DNA of 64,000 nucleotides, from NCBI RefSeq assembly GCF_000143415.4, contig NW_003314261.1, forward strand, positions 3,898,880 through 3,962,879, written 5' to 3'. The position numbers were made by a program, and so were the translations under genes. Positions within the stretch are counted from its first letter, which is position 1, and every line of letters begins with the position of its first letter. This DNA is from Selaginella moellendorffii (taxonomy: Eukaryota; Plantae; Lycopodiophyta). Below, in pieces: positions 48,440 through 61,249 of this stretch. The notes under the pieces are model-generated. The model saw only the letters and a program-made list of their open reading frames with translations. It was not told the origin of the DNA and did not search any database.

Positions 48440-49890
48440 TTGAATTCTTTGAAACACTTCCATCGATTAGATAAGCTCCAATGGCCAACCTCACAGCCCA
48501 GAGGTCTCCATCAATTATCCTGCACAGTTTACAAATTGCGGTAGAAATTTACCCCAGCATTGGTTCCGCAGTCTTGAGGATTTGAGGAGCCTCAGTGACT
48601 AGTACTAGCGTTCCAATGCCGATAGAAGTGGCGTCATTTAGAGCTGCTCCCATTAATTCTTAACTTGACTATATTCCTTCTTAATCGATCAAGAGCAAAT
48701 TTTCTTTAAAACTTAAAGCTAGGTCACAAGATTGTGATCACTGCTTAATCTAACAAACAAACAAAAATTATGCACAACCCATAAAAAATTAATTGAAACA
48801 AATTATAGAAACTTAATGTATTGCATATTGTTTTATAATTATAACTAACAATATGCTAGACTACATAGAAAAGAATATTCTTTATTAGGATAATAAATTC
48901 TATAAGATTGTGAGCTCTTTATGGAAATGAAATTTATGGGTAAATGTGTAAGAGTAAATTTTCTTTAACATATAGTAAATGGAAAACTATTGTAAATGGT
49001 TTCAAGACTAAAAAACAGAAGTAGAAACACAAATTGTTGACTTGCCTAGGTCCAGCTTAAAAGATCTAATTAAATTTCTAGATATTTATGTTAAATTATC
49101 CTTAATTGAGATTATCAAGGATGACAATAGAAGTGAAATCATTTGGAGATCAACTATAATGGACAATATAAGTTGCTAAAACTTTCAAGCTAATGACAAG
49201 AAACAATTGAAATATTTTCTATCTACATTATGCATGTAGATCTCACTGGCCCTGAAATATGATCTCTCAAGATCATTACACCAGCTCAGAACCATGGGAA
49301 TACATGATAAGTTTCTTTGTTAGTGTTAATACTCACTTTAAGTTGGTGAGTTTTTTTGTATGCCAGGTCATCGACAATGTTTTTGAGCTAGCTTGTTGGT
49401 AGCATGTGAACGTTCTATGCCAATTAAAGCTGATATGAAGTGATATGCCAAACACCTTTCTTGATAAATCTTATCTCTTTCCTGTTGGATAAGTTAGCTT
49501 GTAGCCCTTCATGACTTAGCATATCGATGTTCTGCAAAGCATGGATCTCCTGGGCAATGTATAGTGCCTCTTTTGGAGAAAGCTAGAAGAAAAGAAGCAT
49601 CGGTTTTAAAAGTGCAAGTTGTTCTAGATTCACTCACATACCTAAGTTGAAGAGCTGCTCACACTAAGCATCTTGGACTTTGTCATCGTGCTTCTCCCAC
49701 ACTGCACAGAGCCTCTTCAAGGACCATACCAAGCAATTGTCATTTGAGTGGCAAGTGCATCTGCCAAAACTTGAGTTGCCCATCTGGGACTTCCCAATTC
49801 CAAGAGGTGGTGCTAGCACTGGTTTTTAAGAATCCAATGACCCTTCCAGACCCCCAACTTTGTCATAAAGCTTCTCCAATATAGTTCATA
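48440..49890 (-). pseudogene. Decayed spliced gene remnant with a Walker-A-like motif, possibly Crinkler-type P-loop NTPase
   Basis: Minus frame near 49880-49640 reads LEKLYDKVGGLEGSLDS*KPVLAPPLGIGKSQMG... with in-frame stops and GT-AG boundaries; a downstream exon contains LHISFN. Confidence 0.3.
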
Positions 49891-50006
49891 CATTTTAAAA
49901 TGCATCTTTTAATTATAGTTTTTAAAATGTCATTTTTTATATAGCTATATATGCAAATGGTTAGTCAATAATCCTTGGACCTTAAGGTTAAAAGGGCTCT
50001 TTCATC

Positions 50007-50247
50007 AGCCATGGCCCTAGTTGTAACCTGGACTTGGGCAGCCTATGAGGCTATTGATAAAAAATATTTCAACATAAGTGGCGATGCTCATATTGCTGTA
50101 TATAGAGATTGCAGTTGCCATCAAAGAAGGCCATGGCCCTTGTTACCATGGGCAGCTTATGAGGCCATTGATCAAAAAACATTTATTTCCAACATACATG
50201 GTGCTCATGTCACTGTATAGCAATAGAGATTGCAGTTACCAATCAAA
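50007..50247. repeat. Two-copy degenerate tandem duplication (~120 bp)
   Basis: GCCATGGCCCT..TGGGCAGC.TATGAGGC.ATTGAT..AACATA..GCTCAT..TAGAGATTGCAGTT.CCA.TCAAA at ~50007-50126 and ~50129-50247. Confidence 0.75.
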
Positions 50248-51459
50248 TGCTGTTGGCATGGATGAGGCTATAGCTCCATGGTGAGGTGATAAGTAGTGAT
50301 CTTTTCTTTTGATTGTTGCTGCTTTTGAGCCATATGCCCAGAGCCAATTCATAGCCAGACTGCAATGACTCCCAAGACTTTAGATTTTATTTTTCAGGTT
50401 TGAGAGTTCACATTTTATAAAGTTTTTGTGCTTACGATTTTATCTTTGTTGTCTACAAGAACTTAGAACTAATGGAAATAGAATGAAAACGACCATATAA
50501 ATTACAATTTAGGGAGAAGATTTTGTCAGTTATGAGTTTCTTAAAACTTATATACTGTTCAAGAGGATGCCATCATGAACAAAGCTGTCAGTTGTTTTCA
50601 TACTATAAAGAGCAAGGAGGCTTCTACCTAGAAGGCTTCTGAGATGATTCAAACATGCATTTCATAGTAATGTATTGCCCTATTTAGGTAAGGTCTTTGC
50701 TGAAATTTAGCTAGCTTAGTTGTTGGGGTGTTATGTTTTTAAGAAACAATAGATTCCTGAAAAGGTAAATTTATCTATTAATTAGGTTATATATCTGATC
50801 AATAATTCTCATCACATGGCAATTTCCAAAATGACTTAATAATCCAATCCATCTTTGTTGAGGTGGTAGCATAAAATAAAAAATAAAAAATATAAAGACA
50901 TTTAACTCAGATTAATATATTCTATTTAGATAATAATAAAATTGGATATAACATCGAAGCTTTATATAATATTATGCTTATTTAATTTTAAGACTTAAAT
51001 AAATACATTTTGACACTTGGATGAAATTAGAAAGATCTGAAGACTATTTTAAGATTATATACTCAAACTGGTAAATTAATTATTACTTCTTAATTTTAAT
51101 AAATTTGTTAATAATAATCAATTATAAAAGTATCTTAAAGTTTTTTAGCTATTATAATTTGTAAATTTATAAATATATTTCTAATGAAACTTTTTAGCTT
51201 AAATATAATTGTTGTTATTAGTTTTACAACTTATTTTGTAAAATAAAACATATGTTTTTGCTAAATATATATGAAATTTAAGAAAACCTTTAAGGGACTG
51301 AGGCTGATTAAGAATTAAATGTTTTATATTGTGTATCTTCCCAGGCAAAGCAAAAGAAGGAAGTTTAAGCAAAATAAAGTTATGCTTAAATTTAAGTCTA
51401 AAGAAAAAAGACCTAACTTAAACAATCATTACAGTGGGTCAGAGGTTATCAGACATACA

Positions 51460-51559
51460 NNNNNNNNNNNNNNNNNNNNNNNNNNNNNNNNNNNNNNNNN
51501 NNNNNNNNNNNNNNNNNNNNNNNNNNNNNNNNNNNNNNNNNNNNNNNNNNNNNNNNNNN
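51460..51559. other. Assembly gap (100 N)
   Basis: Run of N; true size unknown. Confidence 1.
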
Positions 51560-52275
51560 TTGTTTCTAATGGCTATAGAGATTATAATTGTATTCCACTT
51601 CCTCCTAATTATGAATTTGCTCTAGATTATTTAGGAGAAACATTTAGACAAATTATTACTAGTTTGTAGCTTATCATGCATGTCTGTATGGTTTAGGAAA
51701 AATTAGCTACAGTATATCAATATTTTGCTATAGATTATATTGTTATGAGAGATCCTAGATGAAAATGAAGAATATCCCATTCTAGAATATTCCAAAGGTT
51801 TACCTGATGATTATGATCCACCAGCTAATATTCTAAACTTTGATATTGATATTTCATATTGTTTATTATATTGAATACAATTAATAAATGGACATAAAAA
51901 ATTTTTTGGTACTCATTTAATTAATGGTAATAGTTTAGCTTCAATAAATAATATATATAGAGAAACTCTAAATAATTGTAATTTAGAAGTAAAAAATATA
52001 AATAATACCAAGTTACAAATTTTATAGTCTTCAGACATTTTAAGGTATGGTTTTTTATGTTATCTTCATATTCAGCTTGATGGTCATTTGCTAAGTGAAA
52101 ATATAATTTAGAAAAATAACTATAATTCTAAGAAAATAATATGGACTAACCAAGAAAAGTTTTAAAAAGCCAAAGTTTATACTTCTATAATTTTATATTG
52201 ATTTTTACTATGTTATATAAAGAATGATATTGTATACTTAAAACTTATGAATGAGTACAATCTCTCTGTAGTTGT
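51560..52275 (+). pseudogene. AT-rich pseudogene: unknown N-terminal domain plus C-terminal bulb-type lectin
   Basis: Frame from ~51759 reads DENEEYPILEYSKGLPDDYDPPANIL...FFGTHLINGNSLASINNIYRETLNNCNLEV...IL*SSD..CYLHIQLDGHL...IIWTN. The TAG sits at the conserved lectin Trp (LWSS); QLDGHL matches QxDGNL. Confidence 0.55.
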
Positions 52276-55200
52276 ACTAGTTAAATAAATAAAGCAAATA
52301 ATATGAGTTATTAGTCAATGGGATTGGAGTGTATAGATGAAAGCACAAGGTGTCCAAAGATTAATATGTCCAAGGGAAGTGATTATAATTTTTTAGAAAT
52401 TCCAAATAACTATGAATTTTGGATTGGGAGAGAAAAACAGAGTATGAGTGGAGGAGAGTGGTGCATATAAATTTTATTGAAAAAGATTAGCAATTTAATA
52501 GAGTAGGCTAGTCATTTATGGCAGCCTAACAAATCTAGGGGACTTTTCTAGGTTGAGCATAGATCTAAGATAAGGATTGATAAAAAATTTTGTCAATGCA
52601 AATTCTAAGGATTTTGCTAGCACAAATTTACTATTGCTACATTATATCCCTTGGCCACCACAACCCACCATATTGGGTTTGCTTTATTGCAAAAAAAAAA
52701 AAGATTGCAATAATTGCAATAATTAAAAAACATTAAGCATTACCTCTTCTAAGACTTTATTTTTTATCTCTATTATGCAATATGATTGAGCTGTCCTTTA
52801 TAAAAGAAGATAACTGGAATGTACTTAGTTAAGACTTCTCTTGCTTGTGCTTTGTCATTTATTGTCTCTTTCAAAAAATCTATTTTTATTTTTTATTTTC
52901 TTCTTTCTAATTATATCATGATATCATAGGACATAGTCCAATATATCAGGCCTCATTTACATCTAACACCTTATATCATCATGTATAATAATAAAAAGGA
53001 GTTGCCAAACTTTTTAAGTTGTTAGATCTAGCCATTGGCAGCTGTCAAATGGAAGGGTAACTGTCAAAAAAGTTATTTCTTTAACCATGTCTTATTGAAA
53101 TATTTTGATAAGGTTTTGTCTTGGCCAATAATTATCTTGCATAACTTATATATTTTTGGGTGTTACAAAAGAAGAAGAAAATATGACATGTATGACATGC
53201 ACTTAGGTGAGAATCAAAACGGAGTTACTCACTTCCTTAATTCCATTCCTACTAAGCAGGGCCACTCCCTCAATTCTGGATGAGATAATATGTGGATCAA
53301 ACAAACTTTGCTCACTACACAGCTTATGCTAGGCAATGTCTAGTCCTTCTATATTTAAAATAGTAAAATATCTAATAAAATATTCCTCTAGATTCTATTA
53401 AGATGAATAATAGGATCGCAAATTCCAAGCAAGTGTTCTTCTCTATTAGCACAACAATTCTTGTAAATCTTTCTCTCATGTGCCACTTATATTGAATGTT
53501 GTGCAAGAGTGACATGGAGAAGGTAAAGTAGCAAGCCTAGTGCTTTTGGATGCACAGATCAAGGTGAGGATCAAGGTAAATCTCTCTCTTTCTCCTTTCT
53601 GCCCTAATGGCTTGAATGCTTTGTAGTTTGCTTTTTTGTCATAGCTTTGATCGTCACTAAGATTCAAAGTTTAGAGCAACAAGAATGGCCATCACAAAGC
53701 AGCACATTGGGATGCTCCCAATGCCACAATCCTCATATTTCAACAGCTTTGGCAGCCATAGCTCCAAGCACTTCCATTCACTCCTAGAGGCCATCAAGGT
53801 TCTCAAATTTTTCTCTTCCATGATATGTGGTTTCCAAGTGTGACATGTATCTCTCGTATGTCTCTGAGTCCAGCTGCTTAAACTTGTCCAACAATGTGCT
53901 ATCCAAGTGTAAAGTGAGCTTTTGATAGCTCAAACATTCACAATGGTGTGACATTGTTTGTTTTGGCAGCTCAAGCAAGCAAATTGTTGAGGAGTGGGAT
54001 GTTCCTTGCCTTTTGACTTTGGTGTTCCCTTGCCCCTGAATGCAATCAATAGCAAAAAATGCAGGTTGTGTGCCTTTTTTCTTTTATTTTTTTTTTTCAT
54101 TTCTATGGGTGGCCTTTAATCTGGGCTTTGCAATGATAATCTCATAAGCATGGACCTACTAGACCATTTCATATGAACCAAGGTGCCATTGCGAAAGTCC
54201 AATCACTTGAGTTTGATACAATTGTTACCCACACTGTTGGATTCACTAACTATATCCTCTTCTCCAAGTATACTTTTCCCTTCAAGTGTTTCCCTTGTTC
54301 TCTAACAGTGACTACTTTGAGATCAATATAAACCTTTAGAAATGGATTTTACCATTTGAGCTCCATTATTAATCCCACTTACAGCAATGTTACCTTTGAT
54401 TTTAGATGGCAAGCCCTACAATCCATTCACAAGTATTATATGCCATGATGTCAAAATGATTGAGAGCTTTGAGGTAGATGGCTTTGCTCATTCCTTTCCA
54501 GGATCACCATCTCAAAAAAACCATCTATAATGTGCATGTGGCTTATAGTGATTTACTATAGGATAACCACGAAGCAGAATCTAAACCTTCTATATGCCAC
54601 ATGTTATATGGTAAGTGCCATATGCCATGTGTTTAAGGAAAGTGGAGTAGAACCCCAAGTTTCAAAGCCTTGAGCCATTAAATGAAGGAATGGAACTAAA
54701 CTCTTAAATATGAAATTAAAGAGCAAGGGAACAAAAGTATAAAGTGACTTTTGAGCATTTAACTCAAGGAGTGAAAAGACAAGAGCACATAGCGACATAG
54801 GAACGATCATAGAATGTCAAACATCCCAAAGTCAAAACCATTATACAAAATGGAGTTAAACAAAGTCTGGCACTATTTTAGCATATCAGTAGCCTAATGC
54901 AAAGATATAAGTACTTCATTAGTTAGCATAGTGTTGAACTTAGGCTTACATCTAAGTTAGATATAGAACAAAGACAGGCACACAAATGGGAGTTAATCTA
55001 TTCCTTAGGCTAGTTAGCTATGGCCAATCTACCCATTATCCTTATTATACATTTAGAAACCCCCCCCCCCCCCCCCCCCCTCCCCCCCTCTTGAGGAACA
55101 CACTGTTTGAGCTTTCAACTTTAGTTACCCTTAAAACTAAGAGTTAGTCTCTAGGATAAGCTTCAAACTTATTAAATATGGAATGGCGCTAGAATGCAAA

Positions 55201-57116
55201 TTTGGATACCGAAATAACACCATTGTGTTTAGAACAATCTTTACATTTTGTAGATATGCTAAATTAGCAAATCTAGACACTTTCCATTTAGTATTAGAGC
55301 GGGTGAGTCTTAATGAGTACTATCCAATGAGATTAGGCAATTAGTCTCGTTGTATATGTAGAAATAAAAATGATGATCTGAGTAGGTACACATTTGAGTG
55401 CTATGACTTCACATTTGTTCCTTAGGTATAGATTTTATTACCTTTTGAACCATATTATGTGAGCTTGTGCTTGGGCTTATAAGATGGATTGAGATGTATC
55501 GTTTACATGAGTTTGCACTTGGGCTTATGAGTGAGGCATATTAACAACTCAAGATTACATTTTGAGTTGGCAGGATTAATGTTAACCTATCGGTGTTTTT
55601 ATGAGTTGTTCCATATATCGTGGGTAAAAATAAACTTTCCTTGGGTTTGTTATGAGTGGCAAATAAACTAATCCATAGCTATTTAGTATTGCACTAGTGG
55701 ATCCTTCTTAAGAATGATTATAAGTGAATCAATCAAGACTATAGGGATTAGTCTTTTAGTTCAAATAATCATTGACATGATCTTTTATAAACTTTTCTAG
55801 AATTAGACTGATGGCAATGTGAATGCAAACTTGAGGTTTAGTCAAAGTTGAGACCGAAAAGAGAGTTATCAGGGATGAAGGATCAAATACATAAATCATT
55901 TTCTCTTCTTAGAGAGATGATTTATAACAAGGTGATCTCATTGTTTGTGTTCACATCATATAGTTGAGAGTCCCTAACTTGATGCATGTTAGGTATGATG
56001 GTTTTATAAATAGTGAGTTGTGGGATTGGGAAGTGATGAAGTGTTAAACCATTTTACTTGGACTTGCTATTGAAGGTTTGGGTTACAATGCTCCTTTTTT
56101 TTTGGAGAACTTATCTATTGTTCCTTGAATAGCTTGGTGTTGAATTAATTTTGAGTTTGGTCAAATTGAGAATGATATGAATTTATCTATATTGTGAATA
56201 AAGTTGGTGGTGTTTAATGTTGTAAATCTCTATTAATGGGTGTAGCATTTATGTTGCATTTTATCAAATAAAGTTAGCATTTGATACTCACATAAACCTT
56301 TGAAGTAATGACATAGGCAATGCTCATGGTATTGCTCTATTGATGAATAAGTCATTGTGATACTTATATTATATATCCATATGATAGTGAGCAATGTGTT
56401 TACAAAGTTTCTTAGTCAAACAAATTAATCCTAAAGTGGTTGATAGTGAAGTTAGTTTACTTACAAGTAGCATCGAAATAGCTTTGATTTGGTTCTCAAT
56501 AGTGATCCATTATCTTAAGCTTAAATTAGTACTTTTGTTCCTTTAGAGTTGGCCCATTAAGATTTTGGAAAGGGTTATAGCATTCACTTATTATAATTTG
56601 TTGGTAAATTTGTTAGCACTTGGAATAAATTGTCAGACGGAGAAAGTGTGTAGTTGAAAACACTTATATTAATAGAAATGATATTGTTATTTCAACTAAT
56701 GAGGAAGTTTTCCTTAAAGTTTGATTTTTCATGTCATTTTTCATGTTAATATTTTTGCTTCATACTATATTTTAAAGGTGATTGAAGAAGAGTATTAGTG
56801 CAATATGGGTATCCAAAAATATAGTTGTGAGTGCATGGAATATGGAAAGGGAATACAGAAATGTGCATATCAATTAGCCCAAAAACCCTAGCTTATATAC
56901 AGGAGCGAGTGGTCCAAATTGAAACCAATCCGACGGCTACCAAAATCTCACTACGCTAATATTAGTATATGGCATTGTAGCTGTACACTTGGCCCTCATA
57001 TCATCCCCTCCTCTCGGAATAATGGAAGACTATAAGGGTTCTCTTGTAGATGGGCCGGGATCTAGAGGAACATCAGGAGAAGGCATCGGCGGGTCTGTAG
57101 ATGGTATTAACCGCTC

Positions 57117-60100
57117 CTAATCCCTTTGTATGAAGTGTTTCAACTGCTGCATATGCACAATCTCTGGAGGATCAGCCTGCTGGACGTTATGCCGAACCTC
57201 ATAAACTTGTGGTCCAACTTGCTGCAACACCTGATACGGTCCTTTCCACTGTGCAAGGAGCCCCTTAGATAAACCACGTACCGTAAGATGGGGAAAACAG
57301 ACTAACACCAAATCATCCACTTTGTACTCCGCAGGTGGACGATGATGGGAGTTGTAGCACGGTTGTTATCTCACTTGTACGCGGCCTAAGTGTTCGGCAG
57401 ACTCCGCTCGGACAAGTGGAAGAATGCTTGTCAAATATTGATCCCATGACCTAGCATCCGCCGCTTGTGGCAATCGCGAAGGTAAACCCAGCTCCGTTAG
57501 TAATATTGGATCATGACCATATAGGAGTTTATATGGTGAAGCACCAACAGAACTCTACACCCTAGTGACATATGCATACCGAAGAAACGGCAAATAACCA
57601 TCCCAATCCAAATGCTGAAAGTTCACATACTTTGCAATCATCCCCTTGAATGTCCGAACGAGCCGTTCCACCAGACCATCTGATTGTGGATGATAAGCAC
57701 TCGTGAAAGTGTGGCGAATCCCTAACTAAGACGTCAAAACATGAAATACCTTAGCCATAAATGCGGGACCATTATTCGAAAGAATCCGCTCTGGACAAGA
57801 ATGCTGGAACACCACTCGATTTAGGAGGAAGTATCCAACCGCAGTTGCAGAGGCGCTAGCAAGAGCACCAACTTCCACCCAACGAGTCAAATAGTCAGAA
57901 GCAATAATAACATACTCATTGCCAGCAGTCAACCGTGGAAAAAGTCCCATAAGATCAAACGCCACCAACTCAAACAGACGGGAAACTACAATTGACTCCA
58001 ACCGTCCTTCTGCAGCCCGACGGGGAGTATTACGAGCTTGGCACCAAACGCAGCTACGCACATACCGGATAATATCACGTCGCATCTCCGGCTAATAGAA
58101 AGACCTGCGTAGCTTCTCAATTACACGACAATGTCCTATATGCCCACCTAGAACAGGAGAATCATGGTAGGCATGGAGAAACTGTGGAATAAAGATAGAA
58201 GGCACCACCAGCCGTAAATGATCATCAGGATCTGTCCCCACAAAATAAAGAAGGCCATTTTCAAGACGATATTGAGAATGTAAATGCCGGAAAGGCAAGT
58301 CATCAGCAAGTGATGAAGGGTTCTCAAACCCATCTTGAAGCCTTCGAATCCATGGCTCAATCTTTTGAGCCTCACGAACCTCATCAAGCGAAGGTAGATC
58401 TTGCTCGGCACCTTGTGGACACTGAACATCAAGTACAATAACCACTGATGGCATAGAATCCTCGTCTAGAAAATCCACAGATGTTGGAATGACAGGCTCG
58501 TCAGAAACATGAGAAAAGAGTGAAGATGGAAGAGGAGCTCGAGAAAGGGCATCAGCATTAGCCATAGAACTCCCTGGGCGGTGAACAACATCAAAATCAT
58601 ATATTTGAAGCTTCAAAGCCCACCGAGCAGAACGACCAACCAGGTTCTTTCGCTTTAATAACGAAGTAACAGCAGCATGGTCACCTTCAAGTAACGTCCG
58701 AGAACCATGTAGATATGCATGAAGTTTCTCGAAACCCCAGACTGCTGCTAAACACTCCTTCTCTGTCATGGAGTAGTTCATCTCCACTGGTTGTAATGTA
58801 CGGCTTATATATGCAATGGGATGGCACTGACCAGGCACACTCGAGCTCTCTTGCATTAACACACCTCCAAGACCAATGTCAGAAGCATCCACGCACAAAA
58901 TAAAAGGTCGAGTGTAGTTAGGATATGCCAAAACCGGAGGAGTTGTCAATAACTCTTTGAGATCCTCGAATGCCCGCTCACAATCTAGAGACCAAATGAA
59001 AGACGATGTTGATGACTTCAGCAACACTCGCAATGATGCAGTGCGATCAGAAAGATGATCCACAAAACGCCCGAGATACTGCACCTTGCCCAAGAAGCGC
59101 TGCACATCATTCACACACTTCGGAGTAGGGAACTTTAGAACAGCCACAAGTTTGTCAGGATCAACTTGCAAACCCTCACGAGAAATACGGTACCCAAGAT
59201 AAGTTGTGTCCTTGGATCCAAACACGCACTTCGACCGCTTCAGCTTTAAACCAACGTCACGTAGCCGATCCAACACTTTATAAACATCCCGAACGTGCTC
59301 CTCCCATGTCCCCTCCGAGTGGATCAAGACATCATCAATGAAGTCAGTAGTCACCTCCGGCATATCGCAAAGAACCTCGTCCATCATCCGTTGAAAAGTT
59401 GCTGGAGCATTGTTCAAACCAAATGGCATCACCAAGAACTCATACAAACCAAATGGTGTACTAAAAGCAATCTTAGGAATATCTTCTTCGGCCATCGGTA
59501 CTTGCCAGTACCCAGAAGCAAGATCTAGCTTGGTGAACCAACGACTTTGCTCGAGACGATCCAAGAGATCAGCAGTGTGAGGAAGAGGGTACACATTCGA
59601 GATCGTTACGTCGTTTAACGGACGATAGTCAATGCAGAAACGAATACTCCCATCAGGCTTTGTCACAAGATGAGGTTCACATGCCCAAGGACTCCGCGAC
59701 TTTCGAATAACACCCTTCTCCAACATCTCCTTGACATTTGCACATAAAATTTTGATCTCCTTTGGTGACCGACGACGAATAGGAACCTTGATTGGACGAG
59801 CATCCCTAGTTGGAATTGGATGACGTGTGGCAATCTTGGCTCCAGATGATAGGTCAAAGTCAAAGAGATCAGAATACTCCTTCATGAGCCAGTCAACGAC
59901 TGCAACACAAAGATCGTCAGAGGGATCGGAAAAGGGAAGAGCAGAATAAGATGGAAACACAGGAGGAAAGAGTGGGGAAACAAAAGTAATGGAAGGAGAG
60001 GTAGAAGTAGAGGGACGAAGAGGTACGGAAATGAGAGGAATAGATGAAACATAAGGAAGTATAAGATAAGGGGGAGAAGCCTCAAAGTCACATTTGGCAT

Positions 60101-60497
60101 GATTGCGCTGCAACCAATCCATACCAAGAATGAGGTCAAAAGCTTGACTCGGCACCACCTGCAACGACTGCAACTCAAGCTCGAGATCGCCCACACGCAC
60201 AACCAGATCTGCCTCATCCCGTGCACATGCATGTGTAAGGCCATTGCCATAAAGAATGAAAACTAGTTCCGCCGCACGACGCAAGTGTAGACGACAACGT
60301 GTGGCAACAAGTCAAGCAATAGAAGATAAACTCGAACCTGTATCCACCAACATGGAGAGAATAATAGGAGACCTCTTGTTATAAAGACGAGCTTGGAAAG
60401 TAAACACTGGATGAACTGGTGCCCAGTGAACCCCTTGATGATACTCCCGAAAGAAAGATGGAGGGGTCACTGACTTATTCGCACAAGGTCCCTCCAT
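57117..60497 (-). pseudogene. pol: Retrotransposon pol (protease-RT-RNaseH-integrase) with in-frame stops
   Basis: LVDTGSS; RFCIDYRPLN, LDLASGYWQ, MPFGLNNAPATFQ, FIDD; VDASDIGLGGVL; HIGH..FY*PEMRRDI..CVWCQ; SAYHPQSDGLVER; WKGPY. Stops at 60312, 58092 and 57726 are all in the same frame. Confidence 0.92.
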
Positions 60498-61249
60498 TAC
60501 TCGCGTGACTCCTCGTTTCTCAGATGCATCTCGGAGTCCAAACCTTCCATTGCAGCAGCACCAACGGGACGTTGTTGACGCCAAGGTCTCCACCCAGGAA
60601 ATGGAGGTTGCCAATCCGGAAAATGCCGACAATGCTGATAAGTATGACCAACTTCATCACATACCCAGCAGCAAATATCACGGCCACGACCACGTCCTCG
60701 CCCTTGACCTTGGACTCGAGCAGTAGCAGCATCAACCTCCATTGGAATAGGACCATCACCCACAGGAAGTGGAGCTGAAGGACGTGTAGCGAGAAGTGGA
60801 AGAGGCGACATCTCATAACATTGTGCCAAGCGAAGAGCATCGTCAAGGGTGGCGGGAGCAAGTGCATGCACAAGTCCGACAACATCTTGACGAAGTGCTG
60901 GCCACAACATTCCTAGCTTGATCCGCTCTGACATATTTGGTTCCACACGAAGCAAAAGACTTCGGAAACAAACACCAAATTGCATCACTGACTCAGATGG
61001 CCCTTGGCAAAGACGATGCAATTGTTGGAAAGTATCATCATAGTCATCGGCATGTCCGAAGGCGCATTTGAAGACATCTGGAAGAACACTCCAATCCTCG
61101 CAAGTGGCTGCTCCCAAACCATTGTACCACTGCAACGTTGTCCCTTGGAGACACGTGGGAAACTCATGCAAACGTCGAACATCATCCCAAGAATGATATG
61201 TGGCAATCACCGTAAAGTGATCGAACCAATGGTTTGATTCGAGCATCAA
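60497..61249 (-). CDS. gag: Retrotransposon gag (capsid plus CCHC knuckle)
   Basis: WFDHF..., LCQGPSESVMQF, PMEVD, RGRGRGRG, CWVCDEVGHTYQHC; true start uncertain. Confidence 0.85.
   Translation of the reverse strand: MMLESNHWFDHFTVIATYHSWDDVRRLHEFPTCLQGTTLQWYNGLGAATCEDWSVLPDVFKCAFGHADDYDDTFQQLHRLCQGPSESVMQFGVCFRSLLLRVEPNMSERIKLGMLWPALRQDVVGLVHALAPATLDDALRLAQCYEMSPLPLLATRPSAPLPVGDGPIPMEVDAATARVQGQGRGRGRGRDICCWVCDEVGHTYQHCRHFPDWQPPFPGWRPWRQQRPVGAAAMEGLDSEMHLRNEESRE

Noticed and set aside
53420-54480. Minus-strand decayed coding-like sequence (ORFs 53476-53667, 53784-53978)
   Set aside because: Multiple stops and no identifiable domain.
55060-55089. Poly-C run (G-quadruplex candidate)
   Set aside because: Most simply an expanded polypurine tract within retroelement debris; homopolymer length is also unreliable.
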